Both the position numbers and the translations under genes were made by a program. This document shows positions 1-11,434 of a stretch of 64,000 nucleotides of DNA, piece by piece (positions within the stretch are counted from its first letter, which is position 1; each line of letters begins with the position of its first letter). Under the pieces are notes generated by a model. It saw nothing but the letters and a program-made list of their open reading frames with translations. It was not told where the DNA came from and searched no databases. Source of the stretch: Entomortierella parvispora E1425 (lineage: Eukaryota; Fungi; Mortierellomycota); contig BQFW01000002.1 of assembly GCA_020891255.1 (NCBI GenBank), forward strand, positions 682,001-746,000, written 5' to 3'.

Positions 1-2480
1 TATTGAAGGAAACGCGCAACGGGGAATATGGAATAGAATTGGAATGAATGTGAAATGCGACCGATTTGTTGTTTGCACCTCCATGCACGACTGATTGAAT
101 TGAAGTGGAGGCAAAGTGAACGACCAGCAGACACAAACAAAGGTGGGACACAGGCACACTTCGACCCCTGGAAACGGACAAACCAATTATTCAAAAGGCC
201 CGATCTTGTCGACACTCGGTCCTCTTCTTCTTTGATGCAATTCTCGGTGCGTGGTTGTGTAAATACCATTCTGTGAATATATTACCAGAACTTCATCGTC
301 ACTGTTACTGTCAGTGCGGCATTGCAATTGCACTGTTCGCTTTTCACTCTCACCATTTTCAGTAGCACCAATCACTAAGAGGAGACATGGCCAAAAAGGC
401 AGCCAGAGGCTGATACTACTTGAAGGAATAATACAGCAGAGCTGGGATAGAGCCCTCCCTGTTGGCAGTGACATGGTTTGTGTTGTCTCTCTCTGTACCC
501 ACCTCGACCATCTCCGCTAAACCGTAATCGATGATGAAAGATGACCCTAATATTCAATCTGGACAGACGAGTCGCGTTTGTACAACCATCGCGTGCACAA
601 TCTCAAGAGCTTGATCATATCTTCAGGCCCTGATTGGATCCTTCTGGCACTCGGCCTCCTCCTTGTATACTTTCCTCCGTGTCAACAGGGTCTTCCCTCG
701 GCATTTGTATGCATCTCCCCCCCTTACCCACGGAAAATCAATCGAGTTGATGAAAAGAGAATTCTCTCTTTTTTTTTCGTTTTTTTTGTGGACAGAGCCT
801 ATGTCTTGCAGCGGTCTGCCGTACCGTACTGTACGCCCTTTCATCCGTGGGCGATAATGGATGAACCAAATGAGTTTCCGTGGGGCCAAACTAAAAGAGT
901 GAGCAAACGAGACCCTTTTCGCCATCCCCAAAGCCCTGGCATCCACCTGACCTGAGGAACAAACATGTATCAGGCACTTGGCGCAGCCCACTTCAGACAA
1001 GCACAAACGAAAGCGGCCTTGGGAATCAGAACTCGGTCCTGGGATGGCCTGTGTGGGATGGATGAATGTTAGGTAGACACATCAAGTCAAGCCTATTTGT
1101 CGCTTCACATGAAAATAATGGGGTCTCTTCTGTTGTCTTCCGGTACTGCTGATGCAGGAGAAACTTATTCCGAAGCTGGAAGGACTCGTCTGACCCAGGC
1201 ACGAAAATGCATGCAGTGATCCTGGTTTGGTTAATGTTATCTAGGTCTAATCTCTTGATCGTACATCCATCGCCCCGTTTAGATGTACTGCCATTTTTGA
1301 TGCCCCCTAGATCTTATTAAGAGCGTGTCCCGTTTACAATACTGGCTATACTTTTCTCATCTTCTCATCCATGTGCAAAGGAAGGGGGTGTACATGCACA
1401 GTGCAATTAACAAAACAATGGTACAATCGACGGATAGGATCTCAGACAAGGTCAAGCGGTCCAAGACACATCGGTTCTCGGGTCATGTTTACTTTCGCAC
1501 TGTCGTGTTCGTCACAATCAAGTTCAACAATACAAACAAAAAGGCAAGGGTTCTTATCGACGCCACATCTTCCTTTCGTCTATGTTGATCAACAAAAGAA
1601 ACGGATTATCTGCTTCTCGCTGTTCCCGGGATTGAGCACTACTATGTCCGATTCCCGGGAATGGGTGAGAGGAGCAAGAAGTCTAGTCGAGAATGAATCC
1701 ATCCCACGTATTATCGCCATCATCATTATCATCATTGTTTCATGATAGAGGGGCTACCTGCATGTCAGAGTTCATAGTGTCCAGAAGGGTAGGCTCGTTC
1801 CATGGTCTCAAAAGCCCCTTGTTTGCTCATTCTCGTTCCCGTGAATTTACGGCTGGGGCAATTGAAAAAATAAACAAGAATGGAGTGATGTGAACTTAGC
1901 TTTGAAAGGAAGAGGGGAGCCCAATGCAAACACGAGCGCAGAGTTATCGCGCGAATCATCTGACAAAGCAGACGGCCATTGGGCATTCCAACAACTTTCT
2001 GTACTTTGTCCTTTCAAACAAAAGAGCAAGTACGACATATTCTCTTTTTTCCATCGCACTGACAACATCAAGTGCCCTTCAAACAGAAACTGATCTTGGA
2101 TACCCTAGTGCAGACACTGGTTTGATAGGATCATAGCCAATATCAAACTTTCCATTTGTTCGTGGGTAAAAAAAAAAAAAACGAAAAAAAGGGCGTTGTT
2201 CCTGCACACTGGTTGCCTGGACAGTTCTAATCAAACCACATGTCTTCGCTGTTTTTCTTTCGCAAAACATATCTGAAGAGCTCGCTCGTTTCGTTAGATG
2301 AAATCCAAGGAAGTCCTTGGCACGGCAACGGCGTTGATGAATACGATCAACCATTGAAGCGCGTCTTCAACGCGGCGGAAAAAAAATGCACGTGACTCCT
2401 TTTTTTTTGTTTTCTTTTCTTTCAGGATGCCTGTGCATGCATTCCTTCAACCTCATTCAGCACGCCGGAACCCAAGAACA

Positions 2481-3655
2481 ATGGCACCACCAAAAAAGCA
2501 ATCACAGGCAATGCCTAGCATGAAGGAGTTGCAGGACCTTCTCGCGCAATTGGATGCCGAAGGCGGTTTGGCTATCGGAGGTGGAGAGGACGCTGGTAAG
2601 ACACCTGGTCCACCTGCTTCGGTTTGAGAGAAGGGACCTTCAGTCCTCCAGGATGAAGCTTTAACGCCGCGGCTTTATTTTAAATATGAATAGGGTCCGC
2701 AAACTTGGATGATCTCTACGACGATTCTTACTTTTATTCCATCTTGCATGATACCATCAAGCAGGACACGATAGAGATCTCCAGTGGCAACAACAGCAAC
2801 AGCAGTGACGACGCCTCTACCGAATCGACAAAGAAATTTGATATCCTGACCCTGCCTGAAGAGTGCTCTTGGGGAGACGACCACGAATCATTGGGTCATC
2901 AAATGTTGATCCGACCTGGCTACGAAGCTGTCTTGGCTGCCTTGACAGCTGCGTCCTCAAAACCCGACTCCTCGATCTTCATGGCTGCAGGACCAGTTGG
3001 CGTGGGCAAATCTTGCCTCGCTTATTTTTTGGCGTACAAGTTGTTCAAGGCCGGACATGATGTCGTGATCAGTGACCCCATGTTCACGAACGCGTTCATT
3101 GACAGGACCTATTACTCTTGCTACTCTCCTCATCTCGACAAGCACACCGCCATTCATGAGGCTGTTATGAAAGCACCTTCCACTACGCAAACGGATCGTT
3201 GCACATGGTGGATCTGTGATGACGGGTATCTGCCAGTCAAGGGGGCGAAATGTCATATGGTCGTGAATACGACCTCGGTTGACAGGGATGTGGACACCAT
3301 CCGGAAAAGAAAATTGGCAGCGACCCCTGTCCAGTTCCAGATCCCAACTTGGACCCTGGACGAGATCAAGGTCGGGCTGCTGGTTTCGTTGGCGACGGCA
3401 ACAGATCCTGCCTCAACAGAGAAGGCCAAGACGGTGACCAAGGAGCAGGATCAGGTTTTGGAGGGCCTTTACAAAAAGATGAAGGCCAACCCACGAAAGA
3501 TCTTTGGATGGGTTAAAGAAAACTGGGTCGTGCATGAGCCTGAGGCAGCTGCTTCAACATCAAAGGAAGGAGACATTGCGTCGTTGATCAGCGGATTGAA
3601 CTCGACGAAGCCCAAATCAAAGTCAAAGTCAAAGTCAAAGCCCAAGCGGAAATAA
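2481..3655 (+). CDS. Crinkler/RHS-related P-loop NTPase-domain protein (358 aa)
   Basis: Exons 2481-2595 and 2694-3655 (GT-AG intron, frame restored). Walker A GPVGVGKS is followed by CLAYFLAY. Other motifs are LTLP..LGHQMLIRPGY, WWICDDG (Walker B-like), FQIPTWTLDEI and LYKKMKANPRKIF, which match the motif order of CRN/RHS NTPase domains. The C-terminal tail is Lys/Ser-rich. Confidence 0.7.
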
Positions 3656-3767
3656 ATGTGTAATTATTATATTTCTTTCATGCTCAAAACTGTTTTGACA
3701 AAATGAAGGGGTCGTACGAAGATATGTAAACTAGATTAATGGGAGAAACAGGAAGGACTAAATGAGT

Positions 3768-5840
3768 CTACGATCGGTTATCGTTGCTACCGCTGCTGGT
3801 ATTGTTGGAGCGGCGGCCAAAACGTCTGGAAGAGGACGATGAAGCTGTCTCGTTGGCGTTGCTGTTGTTTCCACTCTCAATACGGAGGTTGGGCGAGACG
3901 AGGCGGATCTGGGCACCCTCCCGTTCCATCATGTCTTCCCCTTCACCAGCACTGCTGGCCAACAACATGCAAGGCAAGCAGCATCCAGAGCAGCAAAGCA
4001 AGATTGAGAGGACAATGAACACTGGAATCAACACCTTGGAGACGGCGTAGCTATGACCATCCAAGCGAGCAGCCAAGAGTCCAATGAGAGCATACGCCAA
4101 AGTACCGACCAAGACAAAGACCACAAAGCCCACCGTCATGAGCATTTGACCCTGCTGGCGCATTTCGACGTTCTGCATCCTCGAGAACGATCTGTATCCA
4201 AAGACGAGCTGCAAGAGGTACTTGACACCGACAACATAGAGTGGGAAAAACACTAAAGCCCAAGAGCAAGTGATCTTGTCGTCGATACGGAGCATGATCA
4301 ACACAGCAAGGACCAAGCGCACTGCCTTCCACCACAGAGACTCGAAAACCAAGAGGAGTTTGGCCATGGTAGGAACTTCAGCAGCAGCAGCCATCTTCAG
4401 TCCAACCGCAATTTGGATCACAGCCAGGATCAAAAAGATGGCCTCGATCACAAAGTAAGGCGCAAACACGGCTGGTCCTGAAATGCTCGATGAATCGTTG
4501 GCTCTCTTGACAATCAAGATCTGGAAGACTGTGGCCAAGGCGACAATCAACAATATGAATCCATTGCTGGTCAATCGCTGGCGTCTCTTCTCCCTCAATC
4601 TCTTTGCCTTGCGGTCCTCCTGGGCCATAGGTACAGTGTCTTCATCCTCGTGTTCATGGTCGTGTTCCTCGTCGTCCTCTTCCTTATCCGAGCGCAATCC
4701 CTGGCTGACAACAACAGAGATGGCCAGCAAATCCAAGATCCAGAGTGGGATAAAGACGATAGTATAGCTCCAATTGACCTTGCCATCGACCTTGACTGCA
4801 AGGAAACTGAAAAAGATGATAGCGAGCGTCACCAATACTGAAACAAGGAGAAAGAGCGAGCAGAGAAGACTCTCAATCTCGATCAACTGAGCGCCAATAT
4901 CGGTTCCTGCCATTTGAACGCCCATCATGCCGTATTTGTCGTAGACCTGGCGCTTCTTTGGGTCACCTAGCAGGGGAAAAAGACATTCTCTTTGTCAGTT
5001 TTTTGGTAGATCTCTTCCTGTCTGCTGTTTGTTGCATTAGACAATGTTGTTTTTGTATCCATTGATTGTGTCGGCTCTTGGTTTCTGTCCTCTTTTTTTC
5101 CTTGGGTCGTTTTTGCCATCTCTGGTGAGCCTTTCTTGCTCCGTCTTTAGATTAATTGGCGATGTCTCGTGGAGCATCATCAACACCCTAGAGATGTCGT
5201 GGGTTAGAGCCATCAAAAGGACAATAGACATACTCAGGACTTCATAAGCAGCAGCAATATCTCGGAACTAGAAACAGAGAAGGTAAAACATGTTAACGTT
5301 AGGTCGCGGTGCGGAGGAAATATCGGGCCATGGAGTTTGGCGGGGATCATCATGCTGGTGGAGGAGTGAATGTCGATTATCGCCTCATGCATCGGAGGCA
5401 GTTCTGAACAAAAATTGCTACTCTCAGTCTCTTCTCGCCAAGCAATGCGTTTTCCAAGCCAAATGAACATACTCTGGTTTCATGGTCGGGCACCTCGGTG
5501 ACGTTGACCTTGTCAGGGTGATATCTAAGAGCGAGGCGTCTATAGAGAGATGGATGGGCAGCTCGGTCAGTCTAACATTCTCAACAAAATGACCATTTCA
5601 GGGACTGGACATGCAGTCTTTTTTGAGGTCCAGTCCAAATGATTTATCATAATTATGTTCTCCTGGAGCAACATTGTCTTCCTGGACAGTTGCCAATGAG
5701 AGAATGGAAGGTCGAGGAAGAGTCAGAATGGCCGACGAGATGGATTGTGGTGTGTACCTGTATGCCTTCTTGATCTCGTCCTGGGTGGCGGTCTTTGGCA
5801 CACCCAGGGCCTCATACAAGTGGACCGTGTTGCGATCCAT
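3768..5840 (-). CDS. DnaJ (J-domain) protein fused to a multi-pass TMEM185/Fragile-X-F-like membrane domain (460 aa)
   Basis: Exons 5840-5758, 5539-5473, 5267-5234 and 4966-3768, all GT-AG. The spliced J-domain reads LYEALGV..EIKKAYRRLALRYHPDK..FRDIAAAYEVLSDPKKRQVYDKYG. It is followed by hydrophobic helices with repeated W-x-x-VF-x-PL motifs (WSYTIVFIPLW, WALVFFPLY). Confidence 0.85.
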
Positions 5841-6514
5841 CTTGTAGGGATGTGGCTAGATGTAGGGGATGGGGTACGGGTGGGAGGGGAGTCGACGAAG
5901 AGAAGAATGAAGAAAGGAGGAATGAACGAACGAATGCAATGATTGTGGGCGAGCAGAAGGATGAAGTGAAGCAAGACAAGAGGGGGCGCACAAAAAAAAA
6001 ACGCCGTTGGGCTGAGCGCTGGGGTTGAAAGAGAAACAAACGCAGGTGGAGACGACGATTACGATGATGATGACGACGCTGTTCGTCCCCTCGATCACGC
6101 CCTTGACTGACCTTCCGTTCTCCACTCCCCATCTCTCTACCCCTGTGGGGTCCGGTCGTGGCCCATGCTTCGATAGACTCACCCTCTCCTAGCAAGACCG
6201 CTACCGCTACCGCAACGCAGGGGGAACCTTTTTTAATGTATTCATTTGGCGGGAAATTTGCTGCAACAGGGGCTTTGTGTATTGCCACGTTCACAGAAGC
6301 AGGCAATCGTGCGTGTGCGTGCACCCTTGTTCTTGTTTCGTTGCACCATGACCACGGGTCACTCGCTCTCTTTTTCCCAGCCGAGCCTTTTCTCTCCCTT
6401 CAAGTTTTCCTCTCCTTTCTTTCGGCGTCTTGTGGCACGCTCTCCTCATTCACTCTTTTCTTTTCTGCCGCTCAAAACTCCACTCTCCTTCAGGACCTCC
6501 CCTTCCGTGCAAAG

Positions 6515-7557
6515 ATGGCCATGAAAGTCGACGTCAAAAAGGCTGTTGGGTTCCAATCCAAGCCTCAAAAGGTCGTCTTCAACTCTCGCGACCTGATGCT
6601 CTACGCCCTCTCTGTCGGCGTTCGCTCTCCAGAGACCGAACTTCACTTCTTGTATGAGAACGACCCCAACTTCTCCGCGTTCCCCACCTACCCTCTTGTC
6701 TTGGGGTTCAAGCGCGATAATGTCGGGGTCTCTGTTTTCGATGCCGGTAGCTCTGGAGAATCCGTGCCAGGTATCCCGGAATTTGACCCCAGTATGGCGC
6801 TGCATGGGGATCAGTCGTTGGAGATTTATCGCCCCCTGCCAGCAGAAGGAAGCGACAACTTTGAACTGCACAGCACCATCACAGGCGTCTACGACAAAGG
6901 CAAGGGGATGGTCATTGAGCGTTCGACATTGCTGGTCGATCCAAAGGAGCCTCAAAATCCTTATTCGAAAATGACAATGTCGGCTTTTATTCGAGGCGCT
7001 GGCGGATGGGGAGGAGACAAAGGACCAAAGGTTGAACTGAACGAGCCACCCAAGGACAAGTTGCCATATGCTGCAGTTGAAGAGCAAACTTCTGAGGATC
7101 AAGCGATTTTGTATCGATTGTCAGGGTAAAGAAATGACAGCAGTAGCCATTGGGCAAGAGCTGAACCGGGATGATCTCGATTCATTTTTTCTCAACACTT
7201 TCTTTCCTCTCTAGGGACTACAACCCATTGCATATCGACCCCGCCATCGCTTCCATGGTTGGCTTCAAGAAGCCCATCCTTCATGGTCTCTGCACCTATG
7301 GCCACGCTGCTCACGCCATCCTTCGAGAGTTTGGAGGATCTGACCCAAATGCGTTCAAATCTATCTCGGGCCGCTTCACAGCCCCTACTTTCCCGGGAGA
7401 CACGCTCCAGACAAAAATGTGGAAGGTACCTGCTGGAGACAAATCAATGACAAAGATCCTGTTCCAATGTGTTGCCAAAGAGCGTGGAGTAGTCGTCATC
7501 AATGCAGGATGTGTGGTTCTGCAAAATCCAACTCAGAGTCTGACAAGCAAGCTGTAG
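6515..7557 (+). CDS. Peroxisomal monofunctional (R)-specific enoyl-CoA hydratase 2, MaoC/double hot-dog fold (317 aa)
   Basis: Exons 6515-7125 and 7215-7557. The hydratase-2 motif YRLSGDYNPLHIDP..FKKPILHGLCT spans the intron. The protein ends in SKL (PTS1). Confidence 0.9.
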
Positions 7558-7749
7558 ACGAATTTCAAAAACAAGTAAACAAGTAAACAAGTATTTCTTG
7601 AAGACAAACGAGATAACGAGAATCTCTCAGAACATTATTAAAAGCAAAGCAGGGGGGGATATAGTTATATAAAGATGTTGCTTTCGGCTCAGGAGATATA
7701 GGTAGTGATCCATGGACAGAAGGAAAAGATATGAATGACTATCCGTTAT

Positions 7750-8777
7750 TTACAACTTGCTCTCGTTGGCGGCAGCGACCTTGGCAAAGAAACCGCCCAA
7801 CAAGTCAACAGCGACCAAACCCTGCTTCAACTGAATGGGGTCGGTCCAGTCGCCACGGCCTAAAAGAACAGGTTCAAAAAAAAAAAAAAAAAAAATTAGT
7901 TAATTGAATGTCAGCCACACACACAAATTCGGGAGAATGCAAGACTTTCTCATCCTTTTCCTCATTCTGCCCGGATGATACGTTACCTCCAGTCCATCCG
8001 TGGTGCACGTCATCGAAGCGCTGGTGGAAGGAGTCTACAGCAAAGCCCTTAGCCTGAACAGCAGCGACGACAGGGACCTACAAGGAAAGTTAAAGCAATA
8101 TCGGTTGAGCAATTTTTTTCTCAGGGTTGTTGGTTTGACAAATCAACATCACGTCGGGAAAAAAAAATACAAAAAAAAAACACGAGCATGCCGTGTCATT
8201 TTACCATATCAGCCTCATCCTTGGAGGCCAAGGCGATCAAAGGGGTCTTGATGTTCTTGACAAGATCAACCGAGAAGAAGGAAGGATGAGGACCGCCAGC
8301 AGCCAAGAAGGGAGTTCCCTCCTCAGAAGCCGCCAGAACGGCGATCATGGCGCCCCAGCACTGACCAAAGATCGAGAACGAGGTGCATCCGTCAGCACGC
8401 AAGTCTTCAACGGCAACTCGGATGATCTCATCGATGTGGCTCTTCTTGTAATCGCCGTTCTCGCCAATCCAGGCCATCAATCTGGGACGATCGCCCAACA
8501 TTTCAGGGGTCGCGGCACCGTTGTGGAAGATGTGAGGAGCGGACAATTGGAAGCCTCCGTGGGACTCGGCAATACGGTCAAAGAACTGGTAGGTAGTGTC
8601 GTGGTGGCCAAAGATGTCGTAGATGGCAATGATGCCGCGCTTCGAGTCCTTGGGTCCGGTGCGGTAGGTGGTGCGCTCCTGACCGGCAATCTTCTGAGAC
8701 AAGGGCGTCTGCTTACCCTTCAAGTGCCAGTGGGCGTCAGTGGGGGGAGTGTTGCAGCAGGCGGAGGTGAGAGACAT
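7750..8777 (-). CDS. Dienelactone hydrolase-family alpha/beta hydrolase with PTS1 (257 aa)
   Basis: Exons 8777-8205, 8077-7987 and 7859-7750. Motifs: ACCNTPP N-terminus, YDIFG, nucleophile GQCWG, SKDE and VHHGW (Cys-Asp-His triad). The spliced C-terminus is ANESKL*. Confidence 0.9.
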
Positions 8778-9926
8778 GGTTGATAGCAGAGATGGGGTGC
8801 TGGGCTGGGGGTTGGAGAGATGGTGTGAAGACGAGTGAAGAAGAGAAGAAAGAGGTGGAAAGAACTGAAAAGAAGGCTTCTTTTAACTGGCGGCCCCCAC
8901 CAATAAGGTTTTTTGGCCGTTGTTTGCCTGCCAATGGCGACGGGTGCTGGCTGTCAGTTCTTCCGTCGGCTGCGACCTTGAGATCTTTCCCAAAGATCAA
9001 AAAACGTGACGAATATGGGTGGTGCCACACAAAACCTGAAGGTCTAGATGCACAGTATCGCGTTATTTGCTTGCCCATCACCTTTGCTACGAATCCCACT
9101 AAGCCCCGCTCTAAAACTGCGCCGCACCATTAATAATATCTCTTGGCGTCAAAAGCTTCCTAGGATGGCGTCGTCCAAGAATCTTTCACTTCTTTTCCCA
9201 AGGGGAAATGTCGAGTACCACAGAGTGTACACCTGTGGTACCAAGAGTCAATGTCGCGCCGCTGCATTATTAATATTTATAGAAAAAAATACATCTTCAG
9301 CGTGCAACTCCTTCCACTGCTCAAAGATCAGTATTCTGCACGCCCGATGGCCAGTGAGAGCGAGGATATGACCGCTATGCCATTCAAGGCGACATCCTGA
9401 AGGAGCAGAAGGCGAGCTAGACTCGACCCCTACCGACAAAATGGCGTCAGTCTGGATCGCTTATTGCGCAGACAGACCCCCCACCCGGACTGGGTCCTAG
9501 GTCCGCTAGAATCCGCTCAGGGCGTTCTTTTTCATGTCGTGTCTCAGCCAATCCGAGGGAACAGTATGTGCAGCAGTGTTTTCTTGGATGCCTTCATTTC
9601 AGAAACACTATGTTACAGGACCGCTGGTCCAGTTTAACAAACATCGACGCGCTCAGCATCAAGGGTCCGTGACATTGCACGTGGTCAATGTTACTCGTGG
9701 GAGATTCAGCCGCACATCCACTTTTGAAGATCGAGAAATCGGGTGCAAAGTTTTCGGTTCTTTATATAGCTGAAGAAACAGGACTATGACATGGTATGAA
9801 TAGAAGAGCGGGGGGAAGGATCGTTCAAGGTAGCAAGTAACTTTTTTACACAACGTAAGCATTGATCGAAACAACAAGGAATTACGAATGATAAACGAAT
9901 GAACATTGGCGAAAGTGCACAATTCT

Positions 9927-11434
9927 CTATTTGGCAGCGGCTGTCAACTTGAAGCGATCAGAGTTGCTATCCAGCCAGCTTGACACACGCTCGTAGACGG
10001 CGAATGTGACGGCCTGACCGGGAGCCACACGCAGAACGCGAGGAGTGACACCCTTGTAGAAGGCTCTCCAGCCCTCGTTCTTCAATATGGCGCCGTTGAC
10101 GTCCTTGAAGCGAGCCCATCCACTGAGACCCTCGGGGTTGGGGGTCTTTTGAATACGGGTCTTTACGATATCGATAGGGTTGTTGACAAGGGGTCCCATA
10201 GCACCAGAGATCAAACCAATGAAAGCAGATTGATAGCCGGGCAACTCTGTAATATCCTGGAGACGCTGGAGGTAGCCCTTCAAGAAGTGGTATGTGGGGA
10301 AGTTGGCAGCCTGGTTACTGGCCTGACGCAAGGAGGTCAAGCCGACACCGCGATAAAGTGCTCCGAAACCCTCCTCGCGAACAACAGTGTAGGCACAGTG
10401 GGCAGCGTTGCGGTACTTGGGAATGTCGAGGGGATCAGCCATCGAGTGGCGCTGAGCTTGGAGACGGATCTTGACCACATCCATTGGGGTAACTACCAAG
10501 ACGGCCTCAGTAACTCCAGCAAGCAGACCGGCTATTTTTTAAGGATGGACCGACAAAGAGATGTCAGTCAAAGCGTCTTAAAGTATCTCTTCTTAAGTAA
10601 CAATGAGTACCATTTTAGGACTTACCCCAGAGGTTGTTCAGCTTCCAGGCTGTACCGTCCTTGGAGACCATAAGATCCTTGTAAAACTGGAAGGTTGTGA
10701 ATCGGATCGCCATCTTGGGAACAATACCGGCAGTGACGGCACCCAGACCCTTGTACAGAGCAAGGGGGGACTCCTTCTGGACAATCCTCAATCCAACACC
10801 GACGAATGAGAGGTTGCTGCCCTACAATGACAATAAGCGTTAGGGAGAAGGAATGAATACAACTGTCAGTATGGGTGGTCTCTTCATTTTTTTTTTGTCT
10901 TGAACTCGCTTCACAGGTTCCAAGTCCGCATGTCTCTAAAACGGTGTCAAAGTCGCGTTGGGTTCCGGTCCCACGGACACAGAGAAACCCGACTGGCGCA
11001 TTGTCCAGACGATAAAGATGACATCCGCATTGCACATTGTTCATTGCATTGCATTCCGTCAACTGGCATGTTCAGTTCATCCTGACGGTCTTTTTCTTTC
11101 GACTCGACCTTGGTCCAGAGTGAAAAGCTGCTTTGACTCTTCTTTTTTTCTGCTTTCTGTCTTGTCATCCTTATTATTTGTCCATCCTGTTGGACTCTAT
11201 GTTCATGGTCTGAGAGTCTCCTCTTTCACCACACAGCAACGCTCTTCAATCTCCCAAGTAGAAGTGCGATCCAAAAAAATAAAGACTTACAGCAGCGTTT
11301 CTCGCAACGTTCTTGGAGAGCTGCATGCGGACCTTGATGGTATCAAGGGGATGGCAGATCAAGGCCTCCATGAATCCAGCCGAGCCTCCGGCAATCAGGT
11401 TGGTAAGGGGCGACTTTTTCTCTCTTGAAGCCAT
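9927..11434 (-). CDS. SFC1: Mitochondrial succinate/fumarate carrier (314 aa)
   Basis: Exons 11434-11291, 10821-10626 and 10531-9927. Three carrier repeats (PLDTIKVRMQ, PMDVVKIRLQ, PIDIVKTRIQ) and Sfc1/Acr1-specific segments LYKGLGAV..PKMAIRF, RQASNQAANF and YKGVTPRVLRVAPGQAVTF. Confidence 0.92.

Noticed and set aside
6158-6514. N-terminal extension of the MaoC ORF, and similar extensions on the ORFs at 11246-11746, 35366-36469, 51608-52138, 56791-57267 and 61911-62645
   Set aside because: These translate pyrimidine-rich promoter or 5' UTR sequence (F/L/S-rich). Homology begins at the downstream ATG.
7569-7592. (AAACAAGT)3 tandem containing Forkhead-like GTAAACAA
   Set aside because: It lies between two convergent 3' ends and is best explained as a short slippage repeat.
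10622-11062. Apparent frameshift in SFC1 (the ORF track reads GQQPLIRRCW..)
   Set aside because: The true exon starts at 10821 in another frame (GSNLSFVGVGLRIVQKESPLALYKG). The spliced model is intact.
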